DNA of 64,000 nucleotides from Elusimicrobiota bacterium (GTDB taxonomy: Bacteria; Elusimicrobiota; Endomicrobiia; CG1-02-37-114; JAHJSO01): assembly GCA_043826435.1 (NCBI GenBank), contig JBDRQF010000011.1, positions 7,025 to 71,024 on the forward strand, in the 5' to 3' direction. Made by a program: the position numbers and the translations under genes. The notes beneath the pieces were generated by a model. The model was given only the letters and a program-made list of their open reading frames with translations, was not told the DNA's origin and ran no database searches. Shown one piece after another: positions 40,598 through 49,943 of the stretch (position 1 is its first letter; every line of letters starts with the position of its first letter).

Positions 40598-41602
40598 TTA
40601 ACTTATCTTTATTATTTTGCCCCTGTTCTTTGCGGACTCCTCAGCTGCAGCAAGCACTTTTACGACGTTCACGCCGTAAGTTATGTCACTTTTGGGTTTT
40701 TTGTTTTTCTCTACACTCTCAAGGAAATCGGCGCATTCAGTTTTCAACGGTTCGGCTACCGGTAAGCGGGGGCTTATAATGTCCCCCGAGCGGTAGGTTA
40801 ACTGGAACTCTCCGAATGTCTCAGGGTTTTTCACGACGCCCTCGTTGTAAATCTTTATCTTTTCAACCGGCTCAATGTCGTCGTAAACCGCCATCCGCTT
40901 GCTTCCTATGAGAACGGTCCTGCGGAGTTTGCACGGGGCAAGCCAGCTTATGTGCAGATGCGCGACGATGTTTTTGCTGAAGAACAACGTTATGTATGCC
41001 ACCTCAAATATTTCTTTGCGTATGTACGATTTTCCGTGGCATGCTACCGCATGTGGAGTTTCGCCGAGCCAGTATATCATAATTGATGCATCGTGCGGGG
41101 CGAGGTCCCACACCACGCTGACGTCCGGCTGGAACAGTCCCAGGTTAACCCTGGAAGAATCAATGTAAAAGAGCCGGCCCAGCGTTTTTTTGTCAAGGAG
41201 TTCCTTCACCCGTATCACGGGCGGGCTGTAAAGGAAGGTATGGCTGACCGAGACAATTTTTTTCTTTTTTTCGGAGATGTCCAGGAGTTTCTTCGCCTCT
41301 TCAACGGAGGTGCAGAGGGGTTTTTCAATTAGAACGTTTTTCCCCGCCTCCAGGAATTTTTTTGCAAGCGGGAAGTGGGTTGATACCGGCGTTGCGATGG
41401 CGACTGCGTCAATTGTATTGTCCGCCAGTATCTGGTCGTAATTTTTCGTCAATTTTACGTAAGGATACTTTTCCCCTGCTTTCCTGAGGTTCTTGTCGTG
41501 CAGGTCACAGATGTATTTCAGATTACAGCCGGGCAACTCAAAGAAGTTCCTTGCCAGGTTCGGCCCCCAGTAGCCATAACCGATTATCGCAATGTTTATC
41601 AT
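40598..41602 (-). CDS. Gfo/Idh/MocA family NAD(P)-dependent sugar oxidoreductase (WbpB-like)
   Basis: INIAIIGYGYWGPNLARNF N-terminal Rossmann motif of the Gfo/Idh/MocA family. 334 aa. Confidence 0.85.
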   Translation of the reverse strand: MINIAIIGYGYWGPNLARNFFELPGCNLKYICDLHDKNLRKAGEKYPYVKLTKNYDQILADNTIDAVAIATPVSTHFPLAKKFLEAGKNVLIEKPLCTSVEEAKKLLDISEKKKKIVSVSHTFLYSPPVIRVKELLDKKTLGRLFYIDSSRVNLGLFQPDVSVVWDLAPHDASIMIYWLGETPHAVACHGKSYIRKEIFEVAYITLFFSKNIVAHLHISWLAPCKLRRTVLIGSKRMAVYDDIEPVEKIKIYNEGVVKNPETFGEFQLTYRSGDIISPRLPVAEPLKTECADFLESVEKNKKPKSDITYGVNVVKVLAAAEESAKNRGKIIKIS

Positions 41603-41749
41603 AATGCCTCCGTATCGTGTGTCATTGCGAGGAGCGTTAGCGACGAAGCAATCTCGTTATTAAAATAAGTAGATTGCCACGCTCCCTTCGGTCGCTCGCA
41701 ATGACACTTTGATTGCCACGCCCTTCGGGCTCGCGATGACAATGTTTAT
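41590..41749. repeat. Composite REP/MITE-like element made of three palindromic units (TGTGTCATTGCGAGG-N-GAAGCAATC), flanked by the 10-bp direct repeat CAATGTTTAT
   Basis: Unit 1 (direct) ~41619-41655. Units 2 and 3 (inverted) ~41672-41705 and ~41711-41740. CAATGTTTAT occurs at 41590-41599, overlapping the start codon of the downstream gene, and again at 41740-41749. Confidence 0.6.
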
Positions 41750-41845
41750 ATCCCTTTGTTTTCTGCGTTTGTATCAAGCGGTAATTATACCATATTTAAT
41801 GAAAATATTCAAATTTTCTGCGCTGCGTATATTTTTTGCGACGGT

Positions 41846-42550
41846 TTACGACAGGAGATACAGGATAATGTCAGCGGCGGCCTTGAGCACGACTGCGATC
41901 TTGTTGCCCGTGGCTCCGCCGCCCGTCCTCGGGAGGTGTTCAATGGATACCTCAACCGTTTTACCCCCGCCTTTCAGGACGCTTAAAAAAATCTCGGCAT
42001 GTATAAAAGCGCCCCTGGATTTAAAACGGATGTTTTTAAGTATTTCCCTGCGGAAGAGGACTACGCTGTCAACGTCAAAAACCCGCTTCAGTCCCATGAA
42101 ACTTATTACCATATTGTAAATCCAGGCATTCATCCGTCTTACGGCGTTGTCTTTTCTGGCAATTCTCCTGCCGATTATATAATCGTAATTGGCTGTCCAA
42201 GGGAGTAATTTGTGAATCTCCGCGGCGGGTATCTGCCCGTCTCCGGGTATAAAAAATACCCATTCCTTTGTGGGATAGGAGACGACGTCCTTTAACGTCG
42301 GCCCGATGCCCATATTTTTATCATGACGGTATATGCGTAGTCCGGGATGATGAGCGGATAACTCCCGGAGAATTTTTGCGGTTGAGTCGGTGGAACCGTC
42401 GTCAATTACTACGACCTCGTAGTCGTCAGTCAGAGCGGACAGCACTTTAAAGCTGTCCCCCACGACCCTGGCGATGGCTCCTTCCTCATTGTAAGCCGGG
42501 ATACTTATTGATATGGACTTCATAGTAGTGATGGGGTCAGGTCTTGACAT
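41846..42550 (-). CDS. GT2 polyprenyl-phosphate glycosyltransferase (DPM synthase/GtrB-like)
   Basis: ISISIPAYNEEGAI...VVVIDDGSTDST...HDKNMGIG. 234 aa. Confidence 0.8.
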   Translation of the reverse strand: MSRPDPITTMKSISISIPAYNEEGAIARVVGDSFKVLSALTDDYEVVVIDDGSTDSTAKILRELSAHHPGLRIYRHDKNMGIGPTLKDVVSYPTKEWVFFIPGDGQIPAAEIHKLLPWTANYDYIIGRRIARKDNAVRRMNAWIYNMVISFMGLKRVFDVDSVVLFRREILKNIRFKSRGAFIHAEIFLSVLKGGGKTVEVSIEHLPRTGGGATGNKIAVVLKAAADIILYLLS

Positions 42551-42565
42551 TTGACAAAATGCTAA

Positions 42566-43219
42566 TTATTTATTTCCCCTGTCCGGGTAAGGTCTGTCCG
42601 TAATGCCCTTATCGCACACGAGTTCCGAAACCTTTCCGCACACACGCGCCGGGTTTCCGTACGCGACCGAACCGGCGGGTATGTTCTTTGTCACAACGCT
42701 CCCTGCGCCGACCAGGCAGTTCTTTCCGATAACGACAAAAGGCAGAATAGTTGAATTCACTCCTATGCGGGCGCCCTTTTTTATTGTCGGCCCACGCATG
42801 CACTTCTTTGAAAAACTGCAGCCGGGGTGCGGGTCGTTTGCAATAGTTACTCCGGGCGCAAGGAACACGCCGTCCTCCAACGCCGTGTATTGCGCCACAT
42901 AGACGTTTGAATGGACCTTAACGTTATTGCCTATCGTGCACCCGTAATCAATTACCGAGTTATTCCAGATGTTAAAATTGTCGCCAATCTTATTTTCTTC
43001 CCGTATTACCGCGTTGTGGCCTGTTTCAAGGCCGTCACCTATTGTCGTATTGCCGTAAATCACCGCGCCTGAACGGACAATCGCTCCCCTGCCTATCCCG
43101 AGGCGCCCTGCAGATTTTTTTCTCGGGGAAGCCATACCGAGTATTGCTGTCCTGTGGATTTTGCACCCTTTACCGAGAGATACGTTTCCGTTTTTAACTG
43201 AAATTTTACTCTTTGACAT
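42566..43219 (-). CDS. Sugar N-acetyltransferase with left-handed beta-helix (hexapeptide repeats; WbpD/PglD-like)
   Basis: 217 aa with repeated [LIV]G-x4 hexapeptide pattern (IGDNFNIWNNSVIDYGCTIGNNVKVHSNVYV...). Confidence 0.8.
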   Translation of the reverse strand: MSKSKISVKNGNVSLGKGCKIHRTAILGMASPRKKSAGRLGIGRGAIVRSGAVIYGNTTIGDGLETGHNAVIREENKIGDNFNIWNNSVIDYGCTIGNNVKVHSNVYVAQYTALEDGVFLAPGVTIANDPHPGCSFSKKCMRGPTIKKGARIGVNSTILPFVVIGKNCLVGAGSVVTKNIPAGSVAYGNPARVCGKVSELVCDKGITDRPYPDRGNK

Positions 43220-43256
43220 TTTTCCGGGTAACCTCCTGCTGTCGTGCCTGCGTGCG

Positions 43257-44516
43257 TCATTTCAAAATTTTATCTTTTATACCCATCAGCCCGTAAACGG
43301 CGAAAAACATTATATATGGTTCAATGGGGAGACGGTACCTTGCGACTGAAGTGATAACGTTGTGCATTACGGTGAAATACACGAACAGGACCGTAACCGG
43401 GAGATAGTCCAGCCGGTATTGTTTTGACTTTATAAAACCGAAGCACGCCATCGCCAGCCATACAAAATGAAACAGATACATTGCAATGCCGATTTTTTTT
43501 GACCTTTCTGCGACGAGCGACTGTCCCACGGGCTGGAACCAGAACCTGACAAATTTTTTAACCGTAAGTTTCATAAAACCGGACGGGTTTTCTCTGATGT
43601 TCCTTATCCCTTCACGGAACATCTCCTTCTCACCGTCAACGGGATTTTTTATTTTTCCGAACCTTTCCCAAAAATAGGGATCCCTGTCGGTTATGGCGAG
43701 GCCGTCCCACGGGAGGTAAGTGCCTGCCCAGAACAGTTCTCCCGCGCTTGTATTGACGAGGAGGAACCTGTCAAACGTACGGTAGTTCCGGAGCGTCCAC
43801 GGGAGGACAGGCAGTAAACTTATAAGAATAAACAGCACTAATTCAACGGTCCGCTTCCGGAACGTTTCTTTGGCAGGCATCACAAGAAAGATTGCTGCTG
43901 CCAGAAAGAAAGGATAAAATATCGCCGTTGACCTGCACAGGTTTGATACACCTAACACAAAGCCGCCGCATAAGAGAATAAACCTGTCCCGGTACTTGAG
44001 GCCTGTGAGAATACAATACACCCAGACCGACATCAGAAAGATATAAAGCGTTTCAGTCCCGATTATGTGCGTATATACGACCAGCGGCGGATAAACCGCA
44101 AGCAGGAGTGCCGTTATGACAGGTATGTCCATGCCGAGGGCCGGAAGCATGGTGCCGTCGTGTCCTGCCGTATGACTCCCGTCCGTTTTTTTGGCGCCCA
44201 GAATTCCCCTTGATATTAAATAAAGTACAACTACGGTGGCTGAGCCGGCAACTGCCTGAAATATTTTTATGGACAAAAAATTATGTCCGAAGAGTAAATA
44301 TAAAAAGGCAAGGATTATGGGATAGACGGGAGCCCTGATTGACGTCGGCGTGCCGTCCGCCTCAAGGAAGCCCCTGCCGTTCGCCAGGTTGTTCGCCACC
44401 GCGTCCCATGAGAGAGTGTCGTCCCAGTGGACGGGCCTCGGAGGCATGACGGCAAGGAATATTAGCCGGACAAAAAGGGACACCAGAAATATTTTCAATA
44501 AAAGGTTGTGTTTCAT
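43257..44516 (-). CDS. Polytopic membrane protein, GT-C-like (ArnT/PMT_2-like) candidate
   Basis: 419 aa with about 11 TM helices. PVHWDDTLSWDAVANNLANGRGF resembles the ArnT/PMT_2 first periplasmic loop. Confidence 0.5.
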   Translation of the reverse strand: MKHNLLLKIFLVSLFVRLIFLAVMPPRPVHWDDTLSWDAVANNLANGRGFLEADGTPTSIRAPVYPIILAFLYLLFGHNFLSIKIFQAVAGSATVVVLYLISRGILGAKKTDGSHTAGHDGTMLPALGMDIPVITALLLAVYPPLVVYTHIIGTETLYIFLMSVWVYCILTGLKYRDRFILLCGGFVLGVSNLCRSTAIFYPFFLAAAIFLVMPAKETFRKRTVELVLFILISLLPVLPWTLRNYRTFDRFLLVNTSAGELFWAGTYLPWDGLAITDRDPYFWERFGKIKNPVDGEKEMFREGIRNIRENPSGFMKLTVKKFVRFWFQPVGQSLVAERSKKIGIAMYLFHFVWLAMACFGFIKSKQYRLDYLPVTVLFVYFTVMHNVITSVARYRLPIEPYIMFFAVYGLMGIKDKILK

Positions 44517-44521
44517 TCTTG

Positions 44522-45958
44522 TTATGCCCCGCCCGACTTTTTAAAAATTTTTACCGATTTAATTAATTGCAAGTTGAACCTTATCATTTCGCCTGTTTTC
44601 ATCCTGTACAATTTGAATACGTAGTTGTAAAGATAGATTACGGAGAAAATAGCGTCGTATATAAAGGTGAGCGGCAGTTTAATCAGAATCTTTATCAACG
44701 GGAACAGCCGGGGGAACCGCGCGGCTATCAAAAAAAATTTCTGCAGGTTGACGAGTTGCCTTATATTATCCTGCTTTATGACGCTCCGTTTCAGATAGAA
44801 CTCGGGGATACTGTCAAGGTTAAAACCGTCCTCAACAAAACCGTTCCGGATTGCAAAATCCCCTGCCTCGGTCCCGGGGTATGGGGTAAAAATAGAACAC
44901 CATGGATATGTTGATTTTATCTTCTGGTTGAGGGTTACCGTCTCATACGCCTCTTCAAGCGTTTCCCCCGGCAGGCCCACCATGTTGAATGTTTTAAATT
45001 CAATACCGTATTTGCGCAGCAGGTCGGCGGTATTGGTAATCTGGTGGTTTGTGATATTTTTCTTTAGCACGTTTTGTCTTATTAATTCATTTCCGTGTTC
45101 AATGCCGAATGATACGGCAAAACAGGAACTCATTTTTAACTCCCTGACAATTTCTTCGGTTACCAGGTTCGCCCTCAGGTTGCAGTGGAACGGCAGGTTT
45201 ATGCGTTTGCGGTATAACTCAAGAAACTTAAACAGCCAGGATGTGTTCAGAATAAACGTGTCGTCATGAAAATGGACCCGTTCAAGCGGCCGGGTTCCCC
45301 TGTATTCTTCTATTTCGTTTACGACGTTCTCCGGGCTCCTGTACCTGACATATTTCCCTTCCTGCAAAGTTGATGCCGCCCGGTTAAAACAGAAACTGCA
45401 CTTATACGGGCAGCCCCTTGAGGCGATGAAGAAAGCCATTGTGCTTTTTCTGAAATAGGTATATCTGTCATAGTGCGAGCGGTCCGGGAACGGCAGGGTG
45501 TTAAGATCACCTACAAGAGGCCTTGTATTGTTTGCGATAATCCTGCCGTCTTCTTTTGTTGAAAGGTTTAATATCTTTTTTATTTCTTTGCGTCCGTCTA
45601 TGGCGTCAAGCAGTTCCAACGTTGCGAGTTCCCCTTCACCCCTGCAGATTATATCAACCTGCGGTTTTTCCAGTACAGGCGGATAAAATGTCGGGTGCGG
45701 GCCGCCGAAGACCGTCAATATATTTTTGAACCTCTCCTTTATCGATGCGGATACGTTCAGCGTCCACCTGTGCGCCCCTGTGATGCAGTAAAAACCAACC
45801 ACGTCGGGCGAGAAATTTTTAACCTCGTCAATAATTTTGCGGGTGTCGGGCTCAATGATTATCCTGGATTCGTGTCCCTTTGATTTCACGTAGGACGAAA
45901 TCCACATCGGGCCCGCCAGGTCAACCCATATATTCTGGACAAAAATTATCCTTGCCAT
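44522..45958 (-). CDS. B12-binding radical SAM protein (copy 2)
   Basis: Cobalamin-binding domain (...VFGGPHPTFYP...) plus SRGCPYKCSFCFN. 478 aa. Confidence 0.85.
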   Translation of the reverse strand: MARIIFVQNIWVDLAGPMWISSYVKSKGHESRIIIEPDTRKIIDEVKNFSPDVVGFYCITGAHRWTLNVSASIKERFKNILTVFGGPHPTFYPPVLEKPQVDIICRGEGELATLELLDAIDGRKEIKKILNLSTKEDGRIIANNTRPLVGDLNTLPFPDRSHYDRYTYFRKSTMAFFIASRGCPYKCSFCFNRAASTLQEGKYVRYRSPENVVNEIEEYRGTRPLERVHFHDDTFILNTSWLFKFLELYRKRINLPFHCNLRANLVTEEIVRELKMSSCFAVSFGIEHGNELIRQNVLKKNITNHQITNTADLLRKYGIEFKTFNMVGLPGETLEEAYETVTLNQKIKSTYPWCSIFTPYPGTEAGDFAIRNGFVEDGFNLDSIPEFYLKRSVIKQDNIRQLVNLQKFFLIAARFPRLFPLIKILIKLPLTFIYDAIFSVIYLYNYVFKLYRMKTGEMIRFNLQLIKSVKIFKKSGGA

Positions 45959-45960
45959 TG

Positions 45961-46641
45961 TTAATCAAAAATCCTGTATTTTATGAGAGTCCAGATGGCC
46001 GCGAGCCCGTCTTTCCAGTTTATCTTCTTCCCCTCCCGGTAAGTCCTCGGGTAATAACTAACAGGCACCTCGTAAATCTTGTGACCATTTTTGAGAATTT
46101 TCGCAGTAACCTCGGGACAGAATTCAAAGCGGCGGCATTTCAACTCAATTGATTTAAGCGCTGAGATATGAAAAACCTTGTAGCAGGTGGCTTCGTCGCT
46201 GATGTTTGATTTATATAGGACGTTTGTCAAAAAAGACAAAAACTTCACGCCGTAATGGAATATTAAACTGCGGGTAGGGGCTTTACCGAGGATACGCGAG
46301 CCGTAAACCACCATGGCTTTACCGGAAATAATCGGCTCAATCAGTTTCGGATAGTCGGCAGGGTCGTACTCCATGTCGGCGTCCTGGACAAGGACTATGT
46401 CTCCGGTTACCTCTTTCAGCCCCGTCCTTATGGCGCTTCCCTTGCCCATGTTCCTTTCATGAAAAATTACTTTAACCCCGCCGTCAGCAGCGATTTTTTT
46501 TAATATTTCTCTGGTAGCATCATCAGAGCCATCGTCCACTATAATTATTTCTTTATCAATCGGGACGGCCCGGACCCTCTCCAGTAATTTTAATACGGTC
46601 TCTTTTTCATTATAAACAGGAATTATTATTGATAGTTTCAT
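45961..46641 (-). CDS. GT2 polyprenyl-phosphate glycosyltransferase (DPM synthase-like)
   Basis: MKLSIIIPVYNEKETV...IIIVDDGSDDATREI...NMGKGSA. The track start uses TTG, so the ATG at MKLSIII is preferred. Confidence 0.8.
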   Translation of the reverse strand: MKLSIIIPVYNEKETVLKLLERVRAVPIDKEIIIVDDGSDDATREILKKIAADGGVKVIFHERNMGKGSAIRTGLKEVTGDIVLVQDADMEYDPADYPKLIEPIISGKAMVVYGSRILGKAPTRSLIFHYGVKFLSFLTNVLYKSNISDEATCYKVFHISALKSIELKCRRFEFCPEVTAKILKNGHKIYEVPVSYYPRTYREGKKINWKDGLAAIWTLIKYRIFD

Positions 46642-46802
46642 TCTTGTCAATCAAGACTGTCGGGCTACCCCGTCCGGCCACCCCGTCGCCGACACTACCC
46701 ACAATTTGCTTATTTTAGCAAATTATCCGTGTAATTGCAAATTTCAAGGGGCATGCGGGCAGGATTTGGATGTTACCGGCTTTAATACAGGGGTTCTTAT
46801 AT

Positions 46803-48710
46803 TTAGATGGGGCTGATTTTCTTGTCAATAAACACACGGTGCCAGATTTCAAGCACCAGCAACGCCCAAAGACGATAGCCGTGGTCCTGTTTCCCCTCTA
46901 TGTGCTGTTCTATGAGTTTTTTTAATTCGTTTGAGTCAAAGTACCCTCTCTGTAAGGACTCCCTGTCCAGCAGGATTTCCCTGATGTAGTCCTTAAGGTT
47001 TTCCCTGAACCATTTTCCAACCGGCAACCCGAAGCCCTGTTTTTGACGATTTAATATTTCTTTTGGCAGAATGTATCCGAATGTCTTTTTGAGGATGTAT
47101 TTTGTTGTCAGCCCATGGATTTTCCATTTAGCGGGCAGGGTCGCAGCGAATTCAACTAATTTATGGTCTAAAAAGGGAGAACGCGCCTCAAGGGAGTTCG
47201 CCATTGAAGCGACGTCCATTTTTACAAGAAGGCATTCCGGCAGGTACGTGTTTATGTCGGAGCAGAAAGCCCTGTCAAGGACACCGTCTGCCGGGGCGTT
47301 AAGGAATGCGTTTATGAGATAATCGTAGGCGTTTGCGCCGGCAGTCATCTTTTTCATTCCCCCCGAATATATCCGTTGTTTCGTTTCATTGTCAAAATAA
47401 CAGTGCCACAGGAGGTTCCTCATGTGAGGCGGTTCCGCCGCAGCGGACAGGAGGCGGCCTATTTGTTTAAGATAGGTTGATTTTGACTGCGGGAACATGG
47501 AGGCGATTTTTGAGGTGAATTTTTTGCCCGCCAGCGCGAACAAGGATGAAAAATACATAGTCCCTTTCATTGCCTTGTACCGCAGGTAACCGCCGAAATT
47601 TTCATCCCCCCCGTCGCCGTTCAGGGCGACCTTTACGTGTTTGCGCGTTATTTCGGATACGTAGTAAGAGGGCAGAGCGGATGTGTCTGCAAACGGTTGG
47701 TCGTAATGCCAGATGATTTTCGGAAGTATTTCTACGAACTGTGGTTTCACGATAAGTTCATGGTGCTCCGTCTTAAACCTGTCCGCCACGAGACGGGCAT
47801 AGGGCAGTTCCGAGAACGCCTCGTCTTCAAAGCCGATTGAAAATGTTTTTATCGGCGCGCTGGACAGATGACTCATAAGCCCTACCACAATACTTGAGTC
47901 GTGTCCCCCTGAAAGAAACGCACCCAGGGGCACATCGGATATCATTCGCAGTTTAGTCGCCTCAGTCAGGATTTGCCTGGTGTAGTTACATGCTTCGGGG
48001 AATGTCATGCTGGTTTTCTTTGTAAAATCCAGATGCCAGTATTTCTCAATTTTTTTAATACCTGAGCCGCTGCATACCAGATAAGATGCGGGCGGAAGAC
48101 GGTGTATGTTTTTGAAGATTGTCATTGGTGATGGTATGTATTGATATGTAAGATATAAATCAATTGCAGACAGGTTAATCTCCGGGGTGGCGCCTTCCAT
48201 CCCCGCCCCTGCAAGGATGGCTTTTATCTCTGAAGCGAAAATAAACGAGCCGTTTTTTTGTGTCCAGTATAACGGTTTTTTCCCGAGGCGGTCCCTGGCA
48301 ATAAAAAGCAGGTCATTTTTTTTATCCCACAGGGCAAAAGCAAACATCCCCCTCATGTGCAGGACGCAGTTGTGACCGTACTCTTCGTATAAATGAACAA
48401 TTGTTTCTGTATCTGATTTTGTATGGAATTTGTGATTTTTTTTCTCAAGTTCCTCTCTCAGTTCCTGAAAATTGTATATTTCCCCGTTTAAAATTACAGA
48501 GATACTTTTATCTTCATTGAATATCGGCTGATTCCCCGTCTGCAAGTCAATTATGGAAAGACGTCTCATCCCGAAGCCAAAGTTTTTTTCTGTGTAAATT
48601 CCCTTGTCATCAGGACCCCTGTGCTTTATTATATTGCACATTTTCTCAATAGTGCCTGATTCAACAGGTTTCTTATTCCCGAAATTATATATACCGCATA
48701 TCCCGCACAT
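46803..48710 (-). CDS. asnB: Asparagine synthetase (glutamine-hydrolysing) family amidotransferase (AsnB/WbpS-like)
   Basis: MCGICGIY N-terminal nucleophile Cys (Ntn glutaminase), an SGGHDSS/SGGLDSS-type PP-loop (FLSGGHDSSIV) and 635 aa length. Confidence 0.85.
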   Translation of the reverse strand: MCGICGIYNFGNKKPVESGTIEKMCNIIKHRGPDDKGIYTEKNFGFGMRRLSIIDLQTGNQPIFNEDKSISVILNGEIYNFQELREELEKKNHKFHTKSDTETIVHLYEEYGHNCVLHMRGMFAFALWDKKNDLLFIARDRLGKKPLYWTQKNGSFIFASEIKAILAGAGMEGATPEINLSAIDLYLTYQYIPSPMTIFKNIHRLPPASYLVCSGSGIKKIEKYWHLDFTKKTSMTFPEACNYTRQILTEATKLRMISDVPLGAFLSGGHDSSIVVGLMSHLSSAPIKTFSIGFEDEAFSELPYARLVADRFKTEHHELIVKPQFVEILPKIIWHYDQPFADTSALPSYYVSEITRKHVKVALNGDGGDENFGGYLRYKAMKGTMYFSSLFALAGKKFTSKIASMFPQSKSTYLKQIGRLLSAAAEPPHMRNLLWHCYFDNETKQRIYSGGMKKMTAGANAYDYLINAFLNAPADGVLDRAFCSDINTYLPECLLVKMDVASMANSLEARSPFLDHKLVEFAATLPAKWKIHGLTTKYILKKTFGYILPKEILNRQKQGFGLPVGKWFRENLKDYIREILLDRESLQRGYFDSNELKKLIEQHIEGKQDHGYRLWALLVLEIWHRVFIDKKISPI

Positions 48711-49943
48711 CTATGTGTTTGTCCCCCCTGATTTTTCTATGGCAGACACATACAGCCGCTCAAATTTTTCAGCGGACAGCTGCCATGTGTAGTTTTTCAA
48801 CACCATATCCCGTCCCGCGGCAGAAATCCTTCCGGCTAACGCTCTGTCTTTTAGCAATTGAATAATTTTATTTGCAAAACTTTGTGGCTCGGACGAGCCA
48901 TCAGCAGCGATTAAAATATTTTCACCATCTTTTGTTTCGTTTATCCCGTCGCATGCAATTTGGGTTGCAACAACAGGCCTGGCGAGGGCCATCGCCTCCA
49001 GTATTTTATATTTAATCCCTGTGCCTGTTCTCATCGGACATATATTTACAGACGCCCTGCTCATCCACTCCCTGATGTCCCCTACCTCACCTGTTACGAT
49101 GCAGTTTTTGTCAGCCGAGAGTGAGGTTATTTCTTTTGATGGATTTTTGCCGACGATATAAAATTTTAATTCAGGAAATTCCTTTAACACCAGAGGATAT
49201 ATTTCTCTATAGAAATAAAGTACCGCATCCACATTGGGGAAGAAGTTCATAACCCCGCGAAAAATCACAGATGGGTAGTCCTCATCGTATGATATCGGTT
49301 TAAAATATTCAGGGTCAATCCCGACAGGAATAACCTCAATATCGGAATTCTTACCCAGCCAGTCCCGGTCAACCGCCGACACAACGGCCGTTTTCCGGGT
49401 TTTTGAAGAAACATAATTTTCCCACCGTTTCATCTTTTTGTATTGAGAAATCAGGTAAAATTTTTTCAGCAAATTTTTTTCTTTCCCGGCATTTCTTAAA
49501 AAATGCAGGGACATAGCGTCGTGCGGGTAATATACTACCGACAGTCCTTTTAATGCCCTGACATATATTGAAGTATTGACGAAATGCAGGTGGGCGATAT
49601 CAAATTTTGTTCCGGAGATAACCTCCGAAATCTTTTCTGTCAGTTCCCTTGAATAAAACTGAAGGACAGAAAACGGTTCTTTTTCAAAGATAAGATTTTT
49701 GAGTCGCCGAATCGCTAATTTCGGAATAGTATGAATAACTGTAATAATCCTGCTGCAGTATTTTTTCAGTTCGGGGACATATTTTTCTTCTTCAGACGAT
49801 TCAATTAAAGATGCCAGGACAATAGTGTGTTTTTTAGAGAGTTCTCTTATTAGATTGTAGGCGGACATCTTTATGCCTTCATTAACCGGGAAAGGAAAAG
49901 TGTGGGTTATAAAAAGTATGTCCATCGGGTAATTATGTGTCAT
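48711..49943 (-). CDS. Glycosyltransferase family 4
   Basis: 410 aa GT-B with a C-terminal GTGIKYKILEAMALARPVV motif. Confidence 0.75.
   Translation of the reverse strand: MTHNYPMDILFITHTFPFPVNEGIKMSAYNLIRELSKKHTIVLASLIESSEEEKYVPELKKYCSRIITVIHTIPKLAIRRLKNLIFEKEPFSVLQFYSRELTEKISEVISGTKFDIAHLHFVNTSIYVRALKGLSVVYYPHDAMSLHFLRNAGKEKNLLKKFYLISQYKKMKRWENYVSSKTRKTAVVSAVDRDWLGKNSDIEVIPVGIDPEYFKPISYDEDYPSVIFRGVMNFFPNVDAVLYFYREIYPLVLKEFPELKFYIVGKNPSKEITSLSADKNCIVTGEVGDIREWMSRASVNICPMRTGTGIKYKILEAMALARPVVATQIACDGINETKDGENILIAADGSSEPQSFANKIIQLLKDRALAGRISAAGRDMVLKNYTWQLSAEKFERLYVSAIEKSGGTNT

Noticed and set aside
41709-42119. Plus-strand ORFs 41709-42119 and 41756-41986
   Set aside because: They run through the REP repeats and antisense into the GT2 gene, so they are not credible.
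46642-46650. TTG start (track 45961-46650) creating a TTGACA-like hexamer
   Set aside because: The apparent -35 hexamer is just the TTG-ACA codons of an upstream alternative start. The ATG at MKLSIII is preferred and no promoter is claimed.
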